Positions 48,250-61,653 of a stretch of 64,000 nt of DNA are shown in pieces. This DNA comes from Selaginella moellendorffii (lineage: Eukaryota; Plantae; Lycopodiophyta). The position numbers were made by a program, and so were the translations under genes. How positions within the stretch are numbered: the first letter of the stretch is position 1; each line of letters begins with the position of its first letter. The notes under the pieces were generated by a model that was given only the letters and a program-made list of their open reading frames with translations, had not been told where the DNA came from and did not search any database. The stretch lies in NCBI RefSeq assembly GCF_000143415.4, contig NW_003314318.1, positions 124,001 through 188,000 of the forward strand, read 5' to 3'.

Positions 48250-49566
48250 TCGAAGCTCTGGTGCGCCTTGGCGGTGGACAAGCACGAGTTCTTGCAGCTG
48301 GAAAGGGCAAGCATCATTCAGCGGACGGGAATACACGCACGGGACCTGCGAATTTTGGATCCATTACTCTCCAATCCTTCCACGATTCTAATCCGGGAGC
48401 GAGCCATTGTCCTCAACCTTGAGGTACTTATTATTATGCTATATTCTTGCTTCCTAATTGCTGGTTTTGTAGCATATTAAAGCCATAATCACGAGGAATG
48501 AAGTGTTAGTAAGGAATCCCAACAATGTGGATGTGGTTCCTGTTATAGAGGAGCTTAGACAAAGGCTCAATGAAAACAAGTTTGAGATTGAGGCACTGCA
48601 AGTGGCATTGGAATCCATTAACAAGTTCCTTGGTGCCCAAGTAGAGGAGCTAGAAACTCATGGATTCTCAGCTTTGGATGACCTCCTTGCCAAGGTAATG
48701 AGTGGAGATTGTCACGTTTGTTTTTATCTTGTTCTTGGCAGATCAATAGATATAACTTGAAGCGAGTGCGAACCCTCAAAGGTGGAGTTGCTGGGCTTGT
48801 TGCTCGCCTTCAAAAGGTTGCGATAAAGTATTAACTTAAGTTTGGATTAATCCTGGGGCCTTTCAGGTGAATGTGGAGCTCGAGGACCTTTTAAAAGAGG
48901 ACGATGATAATTATTTTTTTCCGGGAGCACATGAAGAGATTTTGGAGGTAAAATTTTATTTTCTTGAGAACTTATATGTTCTTCAGTGGCATTTTATGCA
49001 AATTGAGGGGATGATAACGAAGCTTAAAACGGTAAATAGTCAAGTGTCTTAATTACATTCTTCTTAGTGCTTCTTACACAGCTAAGTGAACACGTAACCG
49101 ACACTGAAAAACACATCAAAATACAGGTTTGATTTCGTTGTAATAATTTCTAACGCGTCATGCAACTCTCGCACAGATTGTCAATCGCCGAAACGGTCTC
49201 ATACAGGTCTAAATTTTTGCATAGCAATTCCTTCACTCTGTAAGTACTTTTCTTGTAGATTGGGCTCATCCTCAACGCATGCGTCCTCGCAATGTCCTTC
49301 TTTTCGATGATTGCTAGTTTCTTCGGAATGAACTTAGTTCCAAAAAGTTGGCAAATATGTTGTCATCCTAAGTTCTTCAACTTGGTAAGCTCCTGACCAG
49401 TTTCTAAACTTCTTAACGTGACAATTCTTTCCGTGCTCTTAATAAGGTGGTCATAGCATCTTTCTTTCTCTGCGTAAGTTTGTTCCTGGTTATCGTGATC
49501 TCTTTCCTCAGAAAGCATGGACTTTTGATCTTCAAAAGAAAGAGTTTACGTGAACATTATTACTAA
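48250..49566 (+). CDS. MRS2: Divergent MRS2/CorA magnesium transporter, ~9 short exons; no in-frame ATG found (possible pseudogene)
   Basis: IHARDLRILDPLLSNPSTILIRERAIVLNLE|HIKAIIT, FEIEALQVALE, LKRVRTLK, RRNGLIQ, FFGMN motif and two TM segments. Confidence 0.8.
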
Positions 49567-50189
49567 TAAAAACCAAACGATTTTAAAAGGACTAATGCTG
49601 GAGAAGGACGAGGCTGACAAGAGCTGGAAAGTGGCAGAGTACCAATACGATGGTAAGCTCTTCCTGGAAAAGTACCTACGTCGTCTATTGCGTGGGCGAG
49701 AGTATGCGGGCAAGCGCGCAGGCCAGGTGGAGTTCATGGTGGGGAACCTGTTCGGCATCGATGGGATCCTGGACAAGAGACTTCAGGAGCATGATCAAGG
49801 CCCTTGTCTTTGGTGTGTTCGTTTTCAATTTCAATTCCTATTGGGTGTGCTTTTACAAGTGCCAGGTGAAAGAAGCCAGTTGATCAGAGAAACATGGTTT
49901 AAGAATATATTTGATTACAAACGAATTAGAAATATTCATGTTAATATATTTATTAATCCAATTGATACTAAGAGAAAAAAACTAAAAAGTGTTTAGGAAA
50001 ATTTATAAATTGTAAACATGTTTATAAATTACATGATTTGTAAGCTGATACAAATTAGATGATTTTCAGCTGATTGCTCCCTCTTTATCGATCCTTACGT
50101 TTGGAGTGTGGAAGATTTCGAGGTCATGGTAGAAAATGCACGATAGTAACAAATGATCAGACTAAAGTTTTGCACATAAATTCTTTCAT

Positions 50190-50325
50190 GCTGTAAGTAT
50201 TTTTCTTGCACATGTACATTGTCATCCTCAACGCATGCCCCTTTGTAATGTTCTTCTTTTCGATGAACTTAGTTCCAAAGAAGTCGCTGTGGCAAGTGTG
50301 TTGCCATCGTAAGTTCTTTAAAATA
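50190..50325 (+). pseudogene. Duplicated fragment of the MRS2 TM1 exon
   Basis: Matches ~49240-49380 (catcctcaacgcatgc..tcttttcgatga..acttagttccaaa) with an internal deletion removing the start of the GMN motif. Confidence 0.75.
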
Positions 50326-50373
50326 CATTCTCCTACATTTCAGTGCTGCGAAGCTTTCCTGGAGCAAAAGATC

Positions 50374-51516
50374 ATGAAAGAGATGTTGCTGGCTCTCGTG
50401 CTTCTCCAAACGATGCTGACGATCTCCTCATCGAGCCGCAACATCGCCGCTCCAGATCACACCGTCGGCTCGGGAATCATTATGGTCGGCTCGCCGGATC
50501 TCGGAGACTATGGCCAGTTCCTCGTCTCTCCAGGCAAATTCATCGACAGGATCATGGTCTGGCGAGCAAAGTCTTGCATAAAATCGATAGCTCTCTGGTC
50601 GATCGATGACTCCTTCATTCAAGTGGGAAGATCGAAGGAACGAGGACCCTTGCCGGTCCAGGAGTTTGAGTTCCAGCGTGGCGAGACCATCGTCTACCTC
50701 ATGATGCACAGCAATCGTCAAAACGACTGGGGTAAGCGAGAAATCTCAAGCTCATATAACTTTTCCGCTGATCCTGTGGATCATTCCAGGGAATAGACTG
50801 GGCTGGATAGAGTTTCGAACAAACTTCAACCGATTCTTCTCTTGCGGGAATCTCCCGGGAGGCCTCATGCAGCAAATCACTCCTCCAGTCCACTCGGGCG
50901 TGATCGTCGGGGCCGCGTTTACAACAGGAGGAACTGGTGGAGACACCCACGACGTCAACTCTTTCGCCATCTTCTTCCTCAAGAACTGGAGCGCTGCCCA
51001 GCTCCAAGACGTGACCTACGCCAGCCCAGGATATCTCGAAACCATCCTCGAGACCCCAGATCCTCCATCGCGGTAAGCCGGTGTCAAGTCTAGCAAAGTC
51101 AGGCTCGCCCGAATTGTCACAGGCTTGAGAAGGAGGTGACTATGGAGTCAATGTGGACCGTGGACTCCCTCGGCGTTGACGATTTCATATGGACGACCAC
51201 GCACACTCGTATTCCAACGGTGATGATGCCGTCGTTTGACGGGACCCCGTACTGGACTTGGACGGACACGATTACGTCCTCGCTCAAGGATCGAAGGAAC
51301 GCGACTTTGGTCTGGACGAGAGGATGGGATATTTGCATGGGCCCAATCTACTTGAACCTGGGAAGAGGTATCACACTCACTAACTTCACTGGTTCTATGG
51401 TTATAAGCTTTAGCGATGGCGATTCTTTCGTTTATCCGACTAGTGGTCGCTATTCCGGCCAGCACTTCTCGGGCTTTGGCTCAGTGTGCGCCGTGGATGA
51501 AGAAAGCCATGGATAG
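50374..51516 (+). CDS. Secreted jacalin-like lectin plus aerolysin-type pore-forming protein; exons 50374-50731, 50790-51072, 51123-51516
   Basis: Two phase-compatible GT-AG introns (58 and 50 nt) join three ORFs; hydrophobic signal peptide; QEFEFQRGETI, NRLGWIEFRTN, VHSGVIVG, FAIFFLK..LQDVTY, KEVTMESMW, GRG..NFTGSMVISFSDG..YPTSGRYSG follow the Dln1/natterin-like motif order. Confidence 0.75.
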
Positions 51517-51547
51517 AATTCGATTCGATTGCAAAGAATGCGAGTTT

Positions 51548-52413
51548 TATTTGCGTGGAGTAAACTCTCTGGTCCTGTTGGTTATTGCAAATCAGCCAAC
51601 GAGAGAGATGGTGTGAAGATTTCTTCCTTGCGAGTCTCAGAAGTTTACCTCTGGGAAGCGGTATCAGCGTCTCCAGCAACGTTGTCAGATGACAAGGCAT
51701 CGTCCAGCAGCGAATCGAAGTTGAGGGACCTGGTGATGAATCGATCGGCCAGGCTGAGGTGCCTCTCGGAAACCACCGTCTGGACACGCAAGAAACGAAG
51801 AGATCCAGCGAAAAACCAATCGGAAAGAAGAGCCCACCTCTGCGATGGTGATCTTGCTGATCTCGGAGATTGTTCGCTGGATCCTTCCTTCCTCGATCGC
51901 TCCATCCTTGTCCGGTGGAGACCCAAGAGCGCGAAATCCCCCGCTGGGCAATCCCAGCCTCGACGATGGCATCCCGGCAGTCACTGGCGTGGATGGTTGC
52001 GTCGCCGCCACCACCGCTGGAGTGTTGGCCGGAGTCGGGCCAACGAGCATTCCGGGCGAAAGGCAGCCAAGGCGATGGAATCCAAAGAGAGGGCCTTTCG
52101 GCACATCGCACTGGACTTGCTGGAGGAGGAGAGTTACCTGAGACCTCAAGAGATCCTCGCCAGCGCCTGGTGTCCCCGGCGTTCCTGGCGTTCCAGGGGA
52201 AGAACAATCACACAGCGGCGCTGCCGCGGGGAAGCGAGGAGCGAGGCCAGTGATCGGCGAGTCGCTGTTAGTGAGATCCGCGAGCACTCTCCGCCGCGGG
52301 CCCTTCTTGATCTTCGTGGCGCTGCTGCTACCGCCGCCGCAAGCCGGGGGCTTCCTCGCGAGCGCTGGAGTGGAGGAATCACCTGCGTTTGCCTGGCGCG
52401 AGTGTGGATCCAT
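51548..52413 (-). CDS. Disordered plant protein with D-box-like motif (At5g66230-like family); 3' end approximate
   Basis: RRVLADLTNSDSPITGLA, TPGAGEDLLRSQVTLLLQQV, PTPANTP, ITRSLNFDS; many S/TP sites. Confidence 0.65.
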
Positions 52414-52847
52414 GGAAGAGGAGAGTCGACGGCGTGCTCGGAATCGCGAATCGAAAGAGAAGCTAGCGCTAGAAACCTAGCTCCAAGATTTTGCCAGCGA
52501 TGGGGCCTTGTTCTAAACGACCTAAAATCGAGGGACCGTTGGAATGGACCGTTGCTTCTAATCCACTTTTTTTACAAGATGTTCTACCCTAATAAATATT
52601 CTCCAGATAAAATTAATCTCATTAAATATTCGAATCGGATAGATTAATACTTTTAACCCTAAAATATTTAAACAACGTAGAATATTCGAATCGATTCGAT
52701 CTTCTTTCGATATTGGTGGTAGAGTATGTACAGCTTAGAAGCTCAAAGCTCAAGCTATGGAGTGAGAAGTCTTCTTGATGCCAAGCTCGTGATTCGTTTC
52801 TTCTTTGTGTTCTTCGTGTTCTTCGCTTGGTTCTTTCCATCGCTCTC

Positions 52848-55800
52848 CTAGAACGATGCTGAATCCATAGCTCCTCCACTTTTCAGCCTCTCCATCCTGG
52901 CTTGCAATCCCGAGAGAGCACTGTCGTCCACCGCCACCACTGCCGTCGATACTTCTCCACTCTCGGCTGCTACTTCATGTTGTTGCTGTTGCTGCTGCTG
53001 GGAGACCACCACTTCCGAGCCATAGCCTCGACTAAACGATGGCGAGGAGCCATTCGGGATCGTGATTGCCGCGGCGGTCGGAGAAGGAATGGAGCCGGCT
53101 CCAACAGCAGCCGTGGCCGCGGCCTGAATGCTTCGCATCCGTTCCCTGATGGCGTCCAAAGTTCCAGAGCTTGGAGTAGACACCGGTTGGACATCGCCTG
53201 GAAGTATGAAAGAAGACAAAGGTTTCTAGAATCAATAAAACGAGAAAGTGGGAGTACCTGACGGGAGGGGACTCTCGTAACTCTTTGGCGTGTTTATGAA
53301 CACCATCTTTTTCAGCTCTGCTGTGTCTGATTCGGCTGGAGCTTCTACTTCCTCCCTGTAGTTGTAGTTTACGTTGTTATCCAGCCCAAGAGGCTGGACA
53401 CGGCTGCTGATCGGCACAACCGACGATACCATCTTTGGCGAGCTGTGGCTTGGAGGCGATGCCGGGGGTGGAGTGACCATAGCAATGCTTGTTGGTGCTC
53501 TTCCCGCGGCAACACTCTTCTCCATCTTGGCAAGAGAGAAATATACAAGGCTCAGAACTCGAGAGAACGAACGACAACATTCTTACCTGTGCTAAACCAT
53601 TTCTTATGTACGTTCTAAACGCCTCGCTAGCATTTTGCAGCTGAGAGAAAATGTCCACCTGGACAGAGTAACAAGCGAGTTAGCGTTACCCCATATGAAT
53701 TCGAAGGTTATACCTGAGGATATAACTGAGTTATACGATACAACTCGTACAACCCAATCGTGCACGTTTGCTTGTCTCCAATCTTTTTAAAAACCGCTGC
53801 TAACTCTTGCTGTGCAAACAAAAACGAAAGTACCGATCAGCGGATGAAACTGGAAAGAGAACGGGCTTCGCTGATGTAAGTTCTATTATGCACAGAGCTA
53901 GAGAAATTTACGTAGGATGTCGTGCACTCTCCTCGTGCAATCGCACTCTGCTTACTTTCAATTGTGCCTCAGCCGTATGACCAGCAGGAGAAGCCGGCCC
54001 ATTTGACGATGAATCAACCCAATGTGTTTGGCCAGTTGGACCAGTTGGAGTGAGCATTCGCGCAGCCGCTAATGTCTGTAACAGATTGTAAGAAAACTAT
54101 ACAACAACCACAAGCAAGCTTACTTGGAGATTGAGATCAATATAAGCAAGAATGATAGGTTGAGGTTCTGTGTCGATTGGCACCATGGAAAGGTGACCCT
54201 TAATGGCTGTTCCACGAAGCTTTACTAGTTCGTGAAGAACAGTCTTCACCATCCGCAGAGGCTTATCATCGGCTCCGGCTCTGCAATCATAAAAGTTCGA
54301 ACGAGAAAACTAAAAACATGTATACTACCGTCTCCGTATTTCCTCCATCCCTAGCTCTTGAAGATACTCATGAATACTTTGCAGTAGGCGATCAAGGTCC
54401 ACCTCAAAAATAGTTGAGCCAAGGACCTGACAATCCCACTCAGTAAAGATATAAAAGATTCGAGTATACCTTTGTCAATTTGATCAAGCATTTTACGACA
54501 AGATCTGAAAACTTTTGCCCTCTCGTAGCCGCTGCTTCTTCGGATGCTACACCAGGCCATCTAGATTCTAAAGGCCGTAGAAGACGTATCAACACAACGA
54601 ATGCGGATGTGCGACCAGCATTTTCCTGCATAGGCACACACAAGGTTAAATTCATGATGCTACAGCAACGACCATACCAGTATTTTGAGCATTAGAACAT
54701 TTAGCGCTTTCAAGAGCTGGCTGCCGTCGTCCATTAATGGAACTCTTTCATCCAGTAACCACAGAAGAAGTTCTGTAATCAGACTATGCAAGGTTGCTTC
54801 TCTTACGCCGTGAGCAAGCTTTTTAAGTTGAAATGTCTAGGACAAAATAATAATGTTAGTACAGCACGTAAAATCGGACGCATGTGCAACATACCTGCAT
54901 TAGCGTGTTTAACACGTATTTGCAAGACCTTGAGGAGGCACCACCAAGTCCCATGTTGAACGTCGTAGTTACTTTCAACGTTAAAATTCGCACAAGACGA
55001 TCTGCGTCTTTTGCAAAATCATCTGTCAAGCTGGTTTCCATATCGGCAGCCATTTGACTTAGCTCGTGACAAATGAGCTTCATCCCTTCCACAACCTGAC
55101 CAAACCATGCGTGTACGTGTAAGTTAACATTCATTGAAGACTTACCTGCTCTGGTGAAGAACCAAATTCTATCGTGTCCAGAGCCTCGCTCCAATCTGAA
55201 GGACCAGCCGGCGAGGCGGATGCCAATTCGAAGTGTTCATTACCCCTACAACAGCCGAAATGTCAATAAATGAGAATATTTTCTTGCTGACCTTAGAAGT
55301 ACAGGTGGTGCAGTGATGGGTCTTGACGTGCCCTCCCCACTTTGTTCAACAGCATCGTTCCTGAACAGAATATGTGAGCAGGCGCACATTAAAAAGTATA
55401 AAGGTATACCCATTCTCACGAACTGAACGCCGTAAGGCAGCCCTTGTTTCTCCCGGTTTTCCCTCTCTCCTCTTGTCCATTTCACGGGCCTTCCACTTGA
55501 ACTTATCATCAATCATGCTCTTCTGTGCGTCCGACAACTTTCCTAAATATCTCCAGACGTCATCGCCTACATGACACAAAAGATGAAACCTTCGAAAGCA
55601 AGCAAAGAATATGACACATACCCATTATTTTGTAAACAGTTGCAAGTGTTTGCAGTGCAGCCTTACGCAAATCGCCGTCCCGTTCAGTTGTCAAAGCAGC
55701 AACCGATTGCAGAGCCTTATTCGGACCCGCAATCTGCAAAAGAAACAATGAGTTAATAATACATCTAGCAGAAGACTATGGGCTTGCCTCTACGCCATAG

Positions 55801-58800
55801 CGATCAACCATAAAACCAATGTGATCGACACTTTCGATTCTAGTTCTGTTGTTCTTTGATCGAAGGCCCTCGCAAATGTACGTAAATAGCTTTGATGCAG
55901 GGTAGATGCAACAGATGAGTCTCATCAGCTCCCGCATCTTTTCCCGAACCTTTTCAATATTATGACCAGACTGCAGGAAACATGCTCAGCTAAACTCGCA
56001 AGCATAAATGTCAATTACCTTTTCAACAAGACAAGGTAAGAAAATTGTAGCCTCAAATTCTGTTAGTGCATAGCCTTCATTTTTTAAAGCCTCCACCAAT
56101 TCTGGCAGAAAGTCTAGCACCTGAAAACTACATTTACCCAAGAAAAAAGCAGTCTTAAGATAAAATTACCTTCAGAAGGCACGTAGTATTGGATTCACAA
56201 AAACGTAAAACAATCCAGCGAAGAAGTATATCTGAAATTTCTGCAATATCCTTAGTGTGCGTAGGAATTGCCTGCGGGAAGCAAGATTATTAGAATTGTA
56301 AGAAAATAAAACACAATTTCACACCTTTTGCAGAAGCTCCAGCCCATCAACTTGCTTCTTAAAATCCGGACTCAGTAATCTTCGATGGAGATCCTCCCTG
56401 AAGTATTTCATAACGTCCGCCTGCTTGTTAAAGAGTAACATAAAAATAATATCGATGCATAAGATACCGCATACCTCAACTTCAAGTATTTGTTCTGGCC
56501 TAGGCTCCTCAAATTTATACTTGCGAGGAATTGACCGCTCGCGCTCTTCCTGCAGAAGGCTTTGTCAAATTACAAAGGATTTCAGACAGTAAAAGGCTTC
56601 AGACCTTATTCGAGTCTCTCATGTTGAAAAGTGCCTGGCCCTGTACAGCAGCATCTTGTGCAGCGATTGCTGCAGCTTGCTTTGTTACTTTTCCAACAGT
56701 TTTCTGATTCCCCGTCAAAAGCAAGACATTAAAGTATTACGGCGAGCAAAAAATACTTACTGTTCCCCTTGGAGGAGCTTTAGCGGCAGGACGTTCTGGA
56801 CCGTTACTAGTTTGTTTTCCAGTCTTCGGAAGATTGCCTTTCGACCCCGCTCTGTCCTCGGAGGCATCTGCGTATCGAGGTTAGCGTGAGAATAATTATA
56901 GAGAGATATATGTACCGATTGCTCCGGGAGATCTTTGCTTTTCTAAGATTGGAAGGACCGCCGCGAGTGCAGAACCATGCAACTCTCTTGATGCTTTATT
57001 GATCTGCCAAGAGTTATCAGGAAATGCACAAGACAAATATACAGAACAAGTTACCGCGTCAAAACCACAAACTCGAAGTAGCTCCTGTAAGGCTGCGTCT
57101 GCTGCTTTACGAACTTCTACAGATTTATCCTGATCAAAATGCACTTTCAAACAGCTCGGCAGTGCACAAAAGGAAATACAAACCTGTAGTCCTACGGAGA
57201 TTGGCTTCAAAAGATGGGTCAGCTCGGAACAGCTGACACATTTTGTCAACTGTTTTGTCACCCAATCGAACAAATCTTTTCGGCCATCAGCACATAGCTT
57301 AGCATCTATCAGAGCAGGAACAATGTATGGTAGCTGAAAATGTACGTTGTTAGGAAACATAAAGATTGAAGTAAAGAATCGTACCATTTTATCAAGCTGC
57401 AAAACCTCGGCCCATCCATCCAGCGTCTTGATAACTGCTTCTCGCATAAGTTTTTTATTGTCTCCTAGACATTTTAGAACGTCCGCGAGAACACCCTGCA
57501 CCAGCGGAAAAATTGTCGTCTCTATAACGAAACAAAGCACATAACCAACCTTACTGTTTTTGTCAACAGCAGGACCCATTGCTGCAGCTAGACTTCCAAG
57601 AGTCGAAAGTGTCATCATCACAAGGTTTTTGTTTGAATCATTCAACCGTCCTTTCAAAGCTCCAAACAATTCTCCTGAAAACTAGAAATTAGCGAATATC
57701 ATGAAAGTCAGCAGAAATTACCTGTCCCGGTCGCTTGGATTCTCTTGTTCGCCTCCTCAATTATCCGGTTTACAGTTTCTATGGACTCCTGCCGAATCTT
57801 CCATTCCGGACTTCCAAGGTTTTTCATCAAAGTTGCTGACAATTTCCCGCTGACATCTTCACGCGGTAAACCATCACTTCCAGCAATAGGAGCTCCGTCA
57901 TCAGCGCCACGGACTGTTCTTTTCGGGGCAGCGGGACCCTGAAACATTTACGACATCAATGAAGAAATCGTGAAGGGTCTGTACTACCTCATAGGGATTT
58001 TTCTCATATTCGGTATCCAAAGCACTTTGAAGAGCAGGTTTCACATCCGTCAAAAAATTCTTCAAGCCTGAAACAGAACTTAAAAACGTAAGCTTTATAT
58101 TCAACATCATTGTCTGAAAAACCTGGCCCAACAAACTTGTGAAGAACCCCAATAAGCTTGATAGTTGCATTCCTTGTGGCAGGTGCACTAGACTGCAATC
58201 CCACATCTTTGCAAAATTCTATCAAGTCCTGCATCACAAGTCGAGCATCAATACCATATCCACAAACTGAAGCAACAGTTACCTTCAACTTAATATGGCT
58301 AATGCCGAAGTCCTCGATGCCAGTAATCATCCATGACAATCCCTCGCTGAGAACTTTGGGATTTCTGTGCTCTTTCATAATCTTATACATCTGCAAGCAC
58401 CCCTGGATCAATAACATAAAAAAAATCAACAACAGATACCTTATCAAATACAAAATTTGGTCCCGCGACTTCACAAAATACGGTAAGGCACCTAGTAGCT
58501 TGAGCTCGTGTTTTGATATCCGACGATCTTTCAGCCAATCCTGACGATCCGAGGCCTCAGTTCGGACTTCAACAGATAACAAAGTCCGTCTTACCAGGTA
58601 AACAAAGCATAACTGCTTTCTTGGAAAAACTTGTTGCTCTCTCTGCTATATGGCAGACAACTTCAATAACTTTCTGCTGAACCTGAAAGAAACACGTTTG
58701 TGTAAAGAGTTTTTGAACAGTAAGAAAATACCTGGACATTTTTCTCAGCCCAGCCAGGAAGTACGGAAAGGAGTCGCACTAGAATTTCACTATCTTTGTT

Positions 58801-61653
58801 GATCTCAGGTAACCCCTCCACAGTTTCTTTAAGGGAAGTCATAGCTAAAAAAGAACAGGCTCAGAATATACAGAAATATAGTCAACGAAATCCAAACCTT
58901 CCAGGCGTTCCTTCCAGACAGCGCTTTTTAAGTTCTCAATTATTTCTGGCTGCACAATACTTCCGACTCTCGACTCAATCTCCTCTAGAGACATTTCGCC
59001 GACTTCAATATCGTCGTTTGCTTCCACTGTAGCATCTCCCTTTTTCGAGACAGTTACCTTCGTTGACCCAGTCTTTTTCACACTCTAGCACAAGGACAAG
59101 TAGTTTATGTTAGCTTCTACTCAACAAAATCACGTAATCGGTGATACCTGGGTTGGAGCAGTAGGCTTTTTGCCAGACAACAAACTCGCAGCGGACTTTT
59201 TAACAACTGCTTCCGAATTCTAAAATCACGTGTGAGAAATTAAGTCGCGAGTTTAAGTAAACACTTACTTCATCTGTGCTCCTGGCCACGACTATAGGAA
59301 AGAATAAATGTTAAGTTGCCACAAAATATCTAAGCAGTGCTACCTGAAGTGGAGCTAGGCGTAGAAGTGTTCGAACCGGGACCGGAACCAATCATTTCAG
59401 TCAGCTTCTTTCTTCTGACTTCATCAAGTTTTTCTAAAGAACGTTCAAGTGGCTTCATGCCCAAGTGCTGAAAGACGGGAGAAGGGACATTAGTCTCTAA
59501 ACAAACGAGCGAACTGATTATCCCACTTTTGCAAAAGCAGCAAGTGCCGAAAACGCTGCATCCCGTACTTCTGGAGTCCCATCATTTAAGCTCTAAAGAA
59601 ACCTTTTCAAGTAAAATATAGCATATTGCAGCGACCATAGTACCTCCATAAGAATGGGAACGTAATCTTTGTGTAACTTCATCACAGTGAGCTTGGTATT
59701 GTTCTCAATGCAGAATGTCACCCAGTTCAAACACGAAGACCGCACCGAAGGAACCTTATTCTTTGTAGCCACTCTGACATCTGGTATTCTAAGGTCAGTG
59801 TTCGTGAAATTTAATTCAAGGTCTGGCTCACCTTCGATTACATCCGCGAGAGCCACACAACCACCTGTGTGCATGCTTTGAAGAGTTTGCATCAATGCAT
59901 CGACCACCAATTGTTTTTTCTCTTTAAGCTTGTCCTGTTCATCCAAAAAAAAAAACACGAAAGAAGCGCAAAAAAGGATCAGCACAACCGCTACAACGAT
60001 GGACTTCGAAAGTCCTTTACTAACATCGTTACCAGCAAAACAGGAAGCAGAATTCTTGAACAAACAGTGAAGTCCTTACGGAGACCTGAAGCAAGATTTC
60101 CAGCTGCTTGAATAGCCTCCACAGCAACCGCAATATTTACATCCGTTATAAGCTGAAAACCATTGTCAGATAACATCAGGCAGCTTACACAATCTGTTAC
60201 CTTTTTTAAAGTACGGCAAATTTCTGTGTAATCGCCAGCAGCAAGTCTTTTTGCAGACGCAAGCTTAGTAAGTTCGGCAACTGCATCGCGCCTCTCAGAC
60301 CATTTTGCAGCTTTCTGAAAAGGAGGAACATGCATTATCACCTAGGCCATTATTCAGCTTGCTTACCACTCCATCCCAAAATGATGACTTTCCCAGTGGA
60401 GTTAAAATGTCGACAGGGTCGACCAGATCATATTCGTCTATATCTTGCACTCCTGTATAACATGCATCGCACTTGTAAGCAGCAAACAAACGTTTTTTCA
60501 ATTACCAGTAGGGGACGCTTCATCTGCTGGCGGGGCACCCGGCGATTCTATTGCTGCCTCTTGTTCAACCTCTCTCGTCTGCTCGGATCTGGCATAGACG
60601 AGATAATCTTGAGTCTCAGGTTTCAAACGAGATAACTTAATACCTTATTTTGCGCGTCGGTTTTGAGACGCCTGTTACGTTGTCCATCTCAGCCTCTATC
60701 TCTTTTTTCTGTGACGTAAGTATTAGCAACTACAACAGAGGAGATTGATTACCATTGTATCTCGCATTTTCTCAAAGAGAATGGATTTGACGGAGTCTTT
60801 TCCTATCCACCGGCATAACTCTATAGTTAGTCCCTTGGCCGAAGCTCTTACATTCTGGTCTTGATGATCAAAAAGTTCAGGGAGAATTCTAAGTATCCTT
60901 TTCGGAGGAATTATCTTAGTCCCAAATTCACTGCATTCAAGAAAGCAGATGGTTCAAGAAAAAACCTCTATTACGAAAAGGAATGCTGCCATCACCAACC
61001 TGAGAGCTTGATACATAACATCAATCGCTGGCACAACAGCCTTCGCTACCTTGTTCTTAATAGCTTTTTCCATCGTATCCTGAAAGGAAAAAAAAAATGA
61101 TGACAACCAAACCTGCAGAGAGAGAACTAGAACCAACCAGGAAAACATCCGATGCTTCAAGCTCCACCCACAACATGAATGCCGCTTGTGCCTTTTCAAT
61201 GGTTTTCGGACGGCCAGTGAGGCACTTGGCCGCAATAGAATCGCAAACCTCTTTAGCATACCTGGGTGACGAAAAGAATTTCCAAACCTGAAAGGCCAAG
61301 GAAGAGAAAAACAAAAGCAGTACCTAGAAACATCAGCGTCGGCAGCTCTCAGAAAACCTATCAAAGCATCCAACGCCTTTTCTTGTACCGCAGCATTCGA
61401 ATCGGCCACACTCTTTTTAAATAAAGGCCCTGGAATCACGAAAACTTACTGTTGAGCAACCCAAATGTGCGTGGGAGAAGAACTAGAACTCACCGAATTC
61501 CCGCAGCCGTGGATCCTTAGGATCCATAATGCTGTCACACACGCCCGCAAGATCGATGCACCCATCGTTCCTAACCTTCCAATTCTTGTGCGTCAATCTG
61601 TCCTCCCACGGCAGCTTCTTCGCCTCCTTGAGGAGCTTCTCGTCCTCCGACAT
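52848..61653 (-). CDS. MOR1: MICROTUBULE ORGANIZATION 1 / XMAP215-TOG family, many exons
   Basis: Starts MSEDEKLLKEAKKLPWEDRL; TOG/HEAT motifs (KWSERRDAV, WKERLE, WKIRQESIE); ends LSGLQARMERLKSG. Confidence 0.96.

Noticed and set aside
51529-52647. 372-aa plus-strand ORF
   Set aside because: Antisense shadow of the GC-rich minus-strand gene; Arg-rich without domain features.
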